From Tubiluchus corallicola (taxonomy: Eukaryota > Animalia > Priapulida): 64,000 bases of DNA. Below the pieces are notes generated by a model. It was not told the DNA's origin. It was given only the letters and a program-made list of their open reading frames with translations, and ran no database searches. Positions 24,894 to 33,957 of this stretch are shown piece after piece (the first letter of the stretch is position 1; each line of letters starts with the position of its first letter). The stretch is taken from NCBI GenBank assembly GCA_030141605.1, contig JAQGDQ010000258.1:62001-126000 (forward strand), given 5' to 3'. Made by a program: the position numbers and the translations under genes.

Positions 24894-27800
24894 CGGGTGG
24901 AAGGAGACCGAGGCAACCATTCACCCGCCGGAATAAAACCGCCTCTAAGCGTCAAGTTAAACCAGAATTGCGCTATACAAACAGTCCCATTAATTTTTCT
25001 GATGGCTTGTATGTGGCCGGATCCATAAATGGCAGGGTCTGCCGAATACTGGTTGACACTGGAGCCACACATACCACAGTGCAGTCAGAGCTTGTTACTA
25101 ATAGGCAAAAGCCTCTTTTTAAGCAAAAAGCCGTTGGTGTAACGGGAACATTTCTCGATTTACATGGTCCTGTTAAAATTTCGCTTAAACTTGGTGCAAA
25201 TTCAGTGCAGTGGTCAGGCACAACTGATGGTTGGCTGACTGATAGTCTTGTTGGTGAAGACTGCATTTTGGGCCTTGATTGGCTAAATAAACACCAGGCA
25301 GTTGTTGATGTAGGCCAAAAATGCCTCACGTTTGCAGATGGTCGCATTGTTAAACTTTCGCTATTGCCAGGCGGTTGTACTGAAATTGCGAACATGCGTC
25401 GTGTTAAAATTCCTGCTTTTTCCGAAGCTATTGTAGAGGGTAGACCTGTGGTACCATTGCCACACTGTTTAGGCATGGTTAGTCGTGGAAACCAGCCATA
25501 CCGTGCAGATGGCTTATTTACAGGTCGTGTGACCACTCCGCCAGGTGCCCCTACTATTAAAACTGTGGTAGCAAATGTTTCAAACAAACCAATAACGCTT
25601 TTTGAAAATGAAACAGTTGGTCAATGGGAATTTGTTAACAACATTGAACAGCCTTTGAAACTTGCTTCTTTAAAACCTAGAAACGGGTTTCGTACTAAAC
25701 CTGAAGTTTCTGAAAGTTCACTGCCTGAACCAGTTCGAGATTTATTAAACCGTAGCAAAGAAAACTTGTCAAAAACTCAGTTTAAAAAGCTGCAAAACTT
25801 CCTGCAGAAAAATAATGATTTGTTCGCGTCTGGGCCTTATGACCTCGGACATACTAACATCGTACAGCACCGCATTAATACGGGCACCCATCCACCTATC
25901 AAGGCACAGCCTAGGCGACTAGGCCAAGCCCAGCGTGAGCAACTTGATCAGGCGATGGATGAGATGCGTGCGCAAGGGGTGATAGAACCATCATATAGCC
26001 CCTGGTCATCTGCGGTCGTACTGGTACGTAAAAAAGATGGTGGTACACGCTGTTGTGTGGATTATAGGTCCCTCAACACCATAACTGTAAAGGATAATTA
26101 TCCATTACCGCGTATTGACGATTCAATAGACGCGTTGTCCGGTGCTGAGTGGTTTTCCACTCTGGATTTAAAATCCGGATATCACCAAGTGGAAATGGCA
26201 CCAGACGATAAAGAGAAAACCGCGTTCATTACGCACCAAGGCCTTTGGCAATTTAAATCAATGCCCTTTGGCTTATCAAACGCGCCAGCGACCTTTGAAC
26301 GCTTAATGGAACAGGTCCTGGCAGGACTTCATTGGCGTACGGTTTTAATTTATCTAGACGACGTCATTGTTTATGGTCGTACGTTTGATGAACATTTATT
26401 ACGACTTCAAGAAGTTTTTGAGCGATTTCGGTTAGCTGGCCTTAAACTCAATGCAAAAAAGTGCACGCTTGTGCAAAAACAAGTGCTGTACTTAGGCCAT
26501 ATAGTCAGCAGTGTCGGAGTTCAAACCGATCCGGCTAAAACGGAAGCCGTTGCAAAGTGGCCTCGGCCCACTAACATTTCCGAGCTTCGCAGTTTTTTAG
26601 GTCTTTGTACTTATTACCGACGCTTTATTCAAAATTTTGCTAATGTTGCTAGTCCTCTTTATCAACTTACTCGGAAAAATCAATCGTTTGTTTGGCAAAC
26701 TAGCCAGCAGCGTTCATTTGAGCGTCTAAAAAACTTGTTGACAAGCGCACCAATTCTAGCATACCCCCAGTTTGATAAGCAATTCATTCTGGACACTGAC
26801 GCCAGCAGTGTCGCTGTCGGAGCTGTCTTGTCACAATTACAAGGAGAGGAGGAGCATGTAATTGCGTATTATAGCCAGGTTCTTTCACCAGCAGAGCAAA
26901 ATTACTGTGCTACGCGGCGCGAGCTATTAGCAGTAATAAAGGCAGTGAATCACTTCCATCACTACCTGTACGGGCGCCAGTTTTTAATACGGACTGATCA
27001 TGCTGCCTTGCGCTGGCTTCGATCTTTGAAGAAGCCAGAAGGTCAGCTTGCCCGCTGGTTGGGAAAGCTGGACCAGTATGATTATTCCATAGAGCACAGG
27101 TCTGGCAAAAACCACAACAATGCAGATGCTCTCTCTCGCAGGCCTTGTGAGGCTGAATGTAAATTTTGTTCAAGTAAATGTACAGAATCCTCTGAATTGG
27201 AAAATGAAATCATACTAAACCCAAAAGAGCTACACGAGCATTGTTTAGCAAGCGCGGAAACCTTCGTGGATTCCAAACACGCGAAAATCGCGAGGGCAGG
27301 AACTACGCTTCGCGATATAAACTTAGATTTTGCTCACGAACAAGCTGAAGATAGGGACATAGCCCCTATTCTTGGCTTTTTGCAAACTACTGAGCAACAG
27401 CCACCTTGGGAACAAATTTCTGCATTGAGTCCAGAAACCAAGGCGCTCTGGCAACAATGGGGAGCCTTGCGTGTTGAAAATGGCATTGTTCAGCGCCGCT
27501 GGGAGTCTCCTCAGGGAAACATTGTACGTTATCAGTGGATTGTTCCCCGCAATTTTCGGGAAAGCCTACTGACTGGTTTTCACAGTGACGCATCTGCTGG
27601 TCATTTTGGCCAAAATAAGACCTTTGCAAAACTTCGTGAACGTTATTTTTGGCCAGGAATGCGAAAAGATGTTAAGTTGTGGATCCGCTCTTGCCATGAA
27701 TGTTGTGGCAAAAAAGGACCACAAAGAAAGCCAAGAGCACCTCTGCAAATGTATCGCGTGGGCGCTCCAATGGAGAGAATTGCAATTGACATTGCAGGTC

Positions 27801-29581
27801 CTTTTGTACGTTCAGACTTAGGCAACAAGTACATTCTAATTGCAATTGACTACTTCACAAAGTGGCCTGAGGTTTTTGCTATACCGAACCAAGAGGCCGA
27901 AACTGTTGCCTCAGTCCTAGTGAACGAGTTTTTCTGTAGGTTTGGTCTTCCAGGGGAGATACATAGTGATCAAGGTCGCAATTTTGAGTCGCGTATTTTC
28001 CAGCAATGCTGTGAGTTACTGGACATAGTGAAAACGCGAACTACCCCTTTAAATCCAAAAAGTGATGGTCTCGCAGAACGGTATGTACGCGTCATTTCTC
28101 GGCAATTAGCGCAGTTTTGCAGCACCCATCAGCGTGACTGGGACGTTAAATTACCTCTGTTTGTTTTTGCGTACAGGTCCGCAGAACATGAGTCGACAGG
28201 TTTCACTCCTGCAAAAGCAATGCTAGGCCGTGAGCTTCGTCTTCCTTTGGACGTGCTTACAGGTCGTCCTCCCTCGGACACCCCTTCTTGCAACATAGTA
28301 GAGCATGTCAAACAACTTGAAAACAACTTGTATGATGTTCATCATTTCATTCGTAACAACTTACGATTTTCTGGCGAAACAATGCGCAGACGTTATGACG
28401 TCAAAGCCAAGACCCCACGTTTTAAACCTGGTGACTTAGTGTGGTTTTTCAATCCACAGCGCAAAATTGGACGGTCGCCAAAGTTGCAATTAGATTGGCA
28501 AGGGCCATACGAAATCGTTAAGCAATTGTCAGAAGTAGTTTTTCGCATACGCCTTCCAGGAGCAAAACGCTGCAAAGTCGTTCACGCAGACAGATTATGG
28601 CGGTATACACCTGCGCAAGGTTTTTCTTGGGGTACTCCAGAAGTTCAGAGTACTTGCACGCAAGTAGATAGCCAAGCAACTATTAATTACGAGTTTTCCG
28701 GGGACAGCAATGAGACTTCTTTAGTTGAAGCTCCAGTTTCTTTCGGATTACCACCACCCCCATACTCTCCGCATAGAAGCAGCATCTCAGAATCGGAAGT
28801 AGAAACTGCATCGAGTTCACCTGCCTTTGTGCCTGGTAGTGACAGCCCTTCTGCGCCTGCCCTGTCGCCCCAGCAAAGCCCTACTAGTGATTATTTCCCC
28901 AGCGACCGCATGGAAGCTCCGTCTCCACCTCCTTTATCACCTGTCCACCCAAGAACTTCTACTCCTAGAAAACCAGCTTCGCCTGGTCCATTAAGTCTGT
29001 TGTCGAGTAATGACACAGAGACTGAAGTCTCAGAAAGTGAGACTAGCTCTGCGACGAAGTCTTCTCAGAGAAGCCATAAAAATGCACAGAGCGGAGTAGA
29101 TAGTGGAGAAACCACTATTCTTTACGAACTTATGGAATTCGATACGCAAAGTGAAAATGAACCCTCATTAGCCCACGTTACATCCTCTCCCCCTCTTATC
29201 CCGGACCAGGGCGATTCTATTCGTACCCCACCTTGCCTCACTCCCACTACCTTTTACGGAGCGGTAGCAACTGCTGATGACCCAGAGCCTTCTTCTAACG
29301 TTAGATCCTACCCTCGTAGAAATCGTCTCCCTCCCACCAATCTTGGAAACTACATCTTTTATGATCCAACAGCTATTGGGACACGGACTCGAGATGCTCG
29401 ATTTGCTCGTCTACTCCGTGAAACTGATGTACCACTAGAACCATGTATTTTGACAAACTGCCCCTGTCAGAAATTGCTTTCTGGTTCACCAAGCAATGAC
29501 GTAAGCGGTGCTACAAGCACTTTGTTGGAGCGAGCACCACCTCCACGCAGCATGTTTTACCTAAAAACTTACAACGATTAA
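24836..29581 (+). CDS. pol: Pol polyprotein (protease, RT, RNase H, integrase, long Ser/Pro-rich tail)
   Basis: LVDTGA protease, YLDD RT, DTDAS RNase H, HHCC and DDE integrase, GPY/F motif. The frame is open from 24836 (after TAA at 24833), is -1 relative to gag, and has no ATG before the protease. Confidence 0.96.
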   Translation, partial: FEPIASQYCSSSPSATFSIAGGRRPRQPFTRRNKTASKRQVKPELRYTNSPINFSDGLYVAGSINGRVCRILVDTGATHTTVQSELVTNRQKPLFKQKAVGVTGTFLDLHGPVKISLKLGANSVQWSGTTDGWLTDSLVGEDCILGLDWLNKHQAVVDVGQKCLTFADGRIVKLSLLPGGCTEIANMRRVKIPAFSEAIVEGRPVVPLPHCLGMVSRGNQPYRADGLFTGRVTTPPGAPTIKTVVANVSNKPITLFENETVGQWEFVNNIEQPLKLASLKPRNGFRTKPEVSESSLPEPVRDLLNRSKENLSKTQFKKLQNFLQKNNDLFASGPYDLGHTNIVQHRINTGTHPPIKAQPRRLGQAQREQLDQAMDEMRAQGVIEPSYSPWSSAVVLVRKKDGGTRCCVDYRSLNTITVKDNYPLPRIDDSIDALSGAEWFSTLDLKSGYHQVEMAPDDKEKTAFITHQGLWQFKSMPFGLSNAPATFERLMEQVLAGLHWRTVLIYLDDVIVYGRTFDEHLLRLQEVFERFRLAGLKLNAKKCTLVQKQVLYLGHIVSSVGVQTDPAKTEAVAKWPRPTNISELRSFLGLCTYYRRFIQNFANVASPLYQLTRKNQSFVWQTSQQRSFERLKNLLTSAPILAYPQFDKQFILDTDASSVAVGAVLSQLQGEEEHVIAYYSQVLSPAEQNYCATRRELLAVIKAVNHFHHYLYGRQFLIRTDHAALRWLRSLKKPEGQLARWLGKLDQYDYSIEHRSGKNHNNADALSRRPCEAECKFCSSKCTESSELENEIILNPKELHEHCLASAETFVDSKHAKIARAGTTLRDINLDFAHEQAEDRDIAPILGFLQTTEQQPPWEQISALSPETKALWQQWGALRVENGIVQRRWESPQGNIVRYQWIVPRNFRESLLTGFHSDASAGHFGQNKTFAKLRERYFWPGMRKDVKLWIRSCHECCGKKGPQRKPRAPLQMYRVGAPMERIAIDIAGPFVRSDLGNKYILIAIDYFTKWPEVFAIPNQEAETVASVLVNEFFCRFGLPGEIHSDQGRNFESRIFQQCCELLDIVKTRTTPLNPKSDGLAERYVRVISRQLAQFCSTHQRDWDVKLPLFVFAYRSAEHESTGFTPAKAMLGRELRLPLDVLTGRPPSDTPSCNIVEHVKQLENNLYDVHHFIRNNLRFSGETMRRRYDVKAKTPRFKPGDLVWFFNPQRKIGRSPKLQLDWQGPYEIVKQLSEVVFRIRLPGAKRCKVVHADRLWRYTPAQGFSWGTPEVQSTCTQVDSQATINYEFSGDSNETSLVEAPVSFGLPPPPYSPHRSSISESEVETASSSPAFVPGSDSPSAPALSPQQSPTSDYFPSDRMEAPSPPPLSPVHPRTSTPRKPASPGPLSLLSSNDTETEVSESETSSATKSSQRSHKNAQSGVDSGETTILYELMEFDTQSENEPSLAHVTSSPPLIPDQGDSIRTPPCLTPTTFYGAVATADDPEPSSNVRSYPRRNRLPPTNLGNYIFYDPTAIGTRTRDARFARLLRETDVPLEPCILTNCPCQKLLSGSPSNDVSGATSTLLERAPPPRSMFYLKTYND

Positions 29582-31037
29582 AGTTTGGTACGCAAAAAAA
29601 ACGCCTACACTCTATGCTAATTATTCTCACGTCTTTACGTCACAGGATTTTGGGAATTGCCAACAAACTACTATTCAGCTGGAAAAGATGATGCCGAAGT
29701 TGCTAAAATTTAGAAGAATGGAAGTGTCTAGTAAGCTACATGACTGTAAACTGTCTTATTTGTGTTTTATGACACTGGAACATGCAACGGTGTTAATGTA
29801 CTTAGTTTGATTATCTTTGAAACTTGAATTGTTTTCGCTAATCAATTGTTTGTTTGAATCGGCCTCATTTTAGCTTCCCAGCAGCACCTAGCCCATCGCA
29901 CCCTCGGTGGACGTGACTGACAGAGATCGAAGCCCGTTGGTAAAGTATTCGTTGATTAAAGGTAAAGTCAAATCTCACTCTTGACGACTTTCAGTGGTTG
30001 ATCGTGAGACTGGGCTGTTATTCGTTTTTTGTAATTATTGTTAATGCTATGCTATTTTGTTCTCTAGTGAATTGTTCTGTTGCCATTTAACAAGAAATTT
30101 GTATGAAAGAAATTACTGTTATTTTAATGGTTAGTTAAAAAGGAAAAGAAATCCTGTTTATGTTGAAAAGAGTACGCTTGTCTTTTAAAACGTAATCTCG
30201 GCAATTGATGTTTCTCAAACATTCTTGTTTCAGTGCTGAATACAGCGCAAATCTGACTACATTGAGTGAAATCGTCATTTCTGTAGAATCGACGTTCTTA
30301 AGTACATGTTCTTATGGAGAAACTTTATAAATTTTTTGGCGTTGTGTTTAACGTGTATTTGTTTAATTTTGCTTCTGCAAGAGTTTAACGGCAGTTTGTT
30401 TCAGGATCCTGACCTTGAAGTGCAGTGGAAACGTTGAGTAATACCTCGTTTTAATTTGCCCGTTGTTGATTTCTTGTAGCCATAGCCGTACCTACTTTGC
30501 CCTGTCGCTGTCGTTATTGGGTATCTTAGCCAGATTGGTCTGCTTTCGCCTGATTACTAGATTGTGGGAAGGACCAATGGATAATTTCATTTATTCATTT
30601 TCTTTGCATAATTAGTTAGTTTTTGTTTGACTTGGTGCAAACTCATTTACGTCTATTTAACTTTCTATTTGCTACATTAAAGGAGCAGTAAACATTAGTT
30701 GGTGACCTTTTTTCTCATACTTGTAACAGCTATTAATTCGGTTGTTATCTGATTTACGAACAAATGTGACTTATTCTTACGTACGTTATGCTTTATAAAC
30801 GAATTGTAATTATCAGTTTGGTTGTATCTAATATTTCAGATGGCTTCTGTAATGAAGATTACTTTTGAACATTCAGAATTTATGTAACGTACGTGATTAG
30901 GTGTGAAATAAAGAAATGCCTGTACCGATTTTTGTTTCCTTAGGTAATGAAAGGAGTTGGATGCATGGTGGACTAATTCGTCATTCTGCTAGCCCCTCTG
31001 AGCGAGAGGATAGTCCATTTGAGGACAAATGGAGGCT

Positions 31038-31050
31038 AAGAAGGGGGTAG
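31038..31050 (+). other. Polypurine tract
   Basis: AAGAAGGGGGTAG immediately precedes the 3' LTR TG. Confidence 0.85.
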
Positions 31051-31361
31051 TGTTGCGGCCACGCTTGGTCAAGGTTGACTTTGCGCATGCGCAAGGTCAC
31101 TTGCTATAAAAGCGGAGAGCACGTAGGTTACTACGTCTCTGTCGTGCTCACGTCCACCATGTGTGCTGCTCTTTTCAGTGCTTAACAGGATTGTCGTTTG
31201 GGGTAGGTACGGCGTAGTTTGAACCTGATTATTTATCTTTTGTATTTCTTTCTCTGCACTCCGTCCTAGTGGAATGCAAAGCGCGCCAACGAAAGCTGAC
31301 TGCTCAGCCGTCTTCGCGGCCCTCGACCCCCTGGCAGCCCCCAGGGGAGGGCTCCGCAACA
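31051..31361 (+). repeat. 3' LTR (311 bp)
   Basis: TGTTGCGG...CCGCAACA inverted termini; TATA-like CTATAAAA at about 31104. Confidence 0.97.
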
Positions 31362-32405
31362 ATATTTAGTTTGATGTTATCGCACATATTTTGTTTCCTT
31401 CGCTGATTTATTATTTATGTTTCATTTTCTTCTTTTGGTTTGACTTGATCTTCTAGTTTGTTTATGTTTTAATCGGTTAGTTAAATCCTTTACGTATTTG
31501 GTTGATCATCATTGCATATTTTTCATTTCATCTTAATGCTTCCTTCTTGCGTACACTATTTAGATATATATATATATATATATATATAATAATATTTAGA
31601 TATTATTTAGATCTATTAGTTTAGAACTAGTAGATTAGAACTATTTAGATATTTCACTTTTAAGTTTTAATTTCTTCCGCCATAAATTTATGTTAACAGT
31701 TGTACTGCATAATTATATTACACGGTTTAATTAGCAGTGTTACAAATTTTCTCCACTAACCTGAGAAGGGTAGCTGACTTGACGACCAATTGGTCTTTCA
31801 CTACCCTTTCTCCTGCACCCCCCTAACTCTTTCCTTTATGCATAATTTATCCTATTTAATTAACTTGCAATGTGGTTAAGGTAAAGAAAGTAATTCATTG
31901 TAATTGCAACAATAGTATTTTAGAGTCCTTTGTGCAACTTTGTGATGACTCATTCATTAAAAATTAGTTGCATCTGTGTTTTGTAATTTAATGATTTACA
32001 GTTCTGTTAACAAATTGACCTGTTTGCTTTAATGATAATATATAAATTGTGACTTTTAGCTCGTTGAGGAACATTTAGTATTATTTCTATATATATGTGT
32101 AAATGTTTAGATTTGTTCTGTGCAAATGTTCAAATATACTTCTTTATTCTCTTTATTATGCCGATTAGGGCTGTGACAGTACACGTCGGTTACAATACGA
32201 TACATATCATGAGACTAACTTCACAATACGATACATATCACAATACACCCGAGTTAACGTTTGCAAGCTTTATGAAAAAACTAGATGGAGCTGTTGATAA
32301 TAAATGCTAAAACGTTTTTATCAAGCAGCAGTTTTAGGATCCCTAAATGCTGAAATAACTTCATTAACTGTTTGATTTTTAGTTATTACTTGTGTAATAT
32401 GTAGG

Positions 32406-33392
32406 CAGTGGCGTCGTGCTATAGGGGCCCGGGGGGTGGGGGTGCCCCCCCCCAATTATTTAGAAAATGTCAAAATGGCAAACGGTAAGCAAATTTATTT
32501 CCGACTCAGGTAATGCAACAAACCGGTGTTGATTCTCTCCGAACAGGTCTGTTCTATGAGATCATCGACCTGATGACAAGTGCGTTGAACTCTAGATTTG
32601 GTTCTGATGTCATTCCGTTGCTACTGTCAACTGACTGTCTGATCAACCCATCAACATCACCTGCAAAGATGGAGAAAGTCAAGACTCTTTGCACCTTCTA
32701 CATGGCTGATCTCGATGAAGAAACCCTCGAGTTGGAGTACCGCTTGTTCACTCATGCTGTCACTGCAGATGCTGTTCCTGAACATGTCAACACAAACTGC
32801 ATTCACTCAATATACTGTTATATGACTTCTTCTGGACTGGACAAACTTTACCCAATGATCTCCATCGCATACCCATTGATTCTGAGTCTGACTCTTGCTC
32901 TTGTGAGAGATCCTTTTCTGCTCTCAAATTTGTCAAGAATGCTCTCCGCAATGAGTCAGTCACGACTGAGTGACCTGATGATCCTCGCAGTTGAGGCTGA
33001 GAAAACAAAGAATATGGACTTGAAGTCTGTGGTTGAGTTCTTCTGGAGTGATGTTCTGCGTCGATAGTACAAATTTTTAGTGCATTAATTCGTATGGGTG
33101 ACGGCAAAAGGTGTCTTAAAGGTACATATGTTTTGGTAGTCATCTTTTCGCCGAATCTTTGGATTCCTGACAGCTGATAAATACTTAATTAAATTTTAAT
33201 TTAATTTTTAATTTTAATTAAGTTTCCGTTGCTATAGCTTTAAGTTAAATGCCAGTTGGGAATAAATAAATCGTTTTCTTGCATGCAAAATACTGTGTGG
33301 GAATTCAAAATTATAAGTTTTTTTAAACAGTTAAGTTCCGCCATTATATACAGTCAGGCCCCCCTAATTTTTTTTGGTGCACGATGCCCCTG
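32406..33392 (+). mobile_element. Internally deleted hAT transposon with 8-bp TSD
   Basis: TIR CAGTGGCGTCGTGC / GCACGATGCCCCTG; TSD TATGTAGG at 32398-32405 and 33393-33400. Confidence 0.88.
32513..33067 (+). pseudogene. hAT transposase C-terminal dimerisation-domain remnant (ZMYM1-like)
   Basis: IIDLMTSALNSRF...LYPMISIAY..ILSL...MSQSRLSDLMILAVE. The conserved CERSFSAL motif (TGT GAG AGA TCC TTT TCT GCT CTC) is present but out of frame. Confidence 0.8.
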
Positions 33393-33957
33393 TATGTAGG
33401 CAATTGTTATCCATCAAAAAAGCAGAACATACCAGTACTGTAGGTTTAAAATTTGCTTGTGTATTTTCTGATTCAGGTTTGCCATTTCACAAGTTTAAAT
33501 GTAAACATAAAGAATAGCCAATGTGATAACTTAATTATGCTAGTACATTTTAAATACTTTGCATTTGCAATTGCTTTAGCTGCCAGAAGTGCCTGTATCA
33601 AGTCAACTACTTCAATGCTTTGATTGATATGTATCTACAGTAAACCCTACAGCTTCAGCTTGAATTACTTCACATTATTTTTATCAGCATACAGGGTCAA
33701 GCTAATTTTCTGAATATCACTGATCAGGTTATCACTTTATGAGTGCACTTTGGTGATAGGCATCTTGTAATGAAAGATATCATGATGCATCGATACATCA
33801 ATGTATCGTTACAGACCTATTTCATATGGTAAATTATGTGGCGGTGCTTGTTTTGTCAGCACACCATCCCCTGCAAATAGAGGGCTCTTTTCTACTTGTA
33901 ACTGGCAGAATGTACATATTATTTATACATAACAAGAGCTTTTTGTTTATTTGCTAG

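Larger units (their letters stand above)
22946..31361 (+). mobile_element. Full-length Ty3/Gypsy LTR retrotransposon, env-less
   Basis: Paired LTRs, PBS, gag, pol in PR-RT-RH-IN order and PPT. Candidate 4-bp TSD ATAT at 22942-22945 and 31362-31365. Confidence 0.97.
32166..33819. mobile_element. hAT-like MITE (TAGG termini) interrupted by a second hAT element
   Basis: TAGGGCTGTGACAGTACA / TGTATCGTTACAGACCTA termini with CGATAC-rich subterminal repeats. The left end recurs at 63840-64000. No TSD match was seen. Confidence 0.65.

Noticed and set aside
24973-28575. Antisense and alternate-frame ORFs within pol
   Set aside because: Shadow ORFs of a long coding sequence.
29582-31037. Possible env gene
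   Set aside because: No ORF of 60 aa or more and no signal-peptide or transmembrane architecture.
33860-33911. LQIEGSF peptide as the missing EMC10 upstream exon (also ITFEHS at 30840-30883)
   Set aside because: The available donors give the wrong phase for the phase-1 acceptor at 33958.
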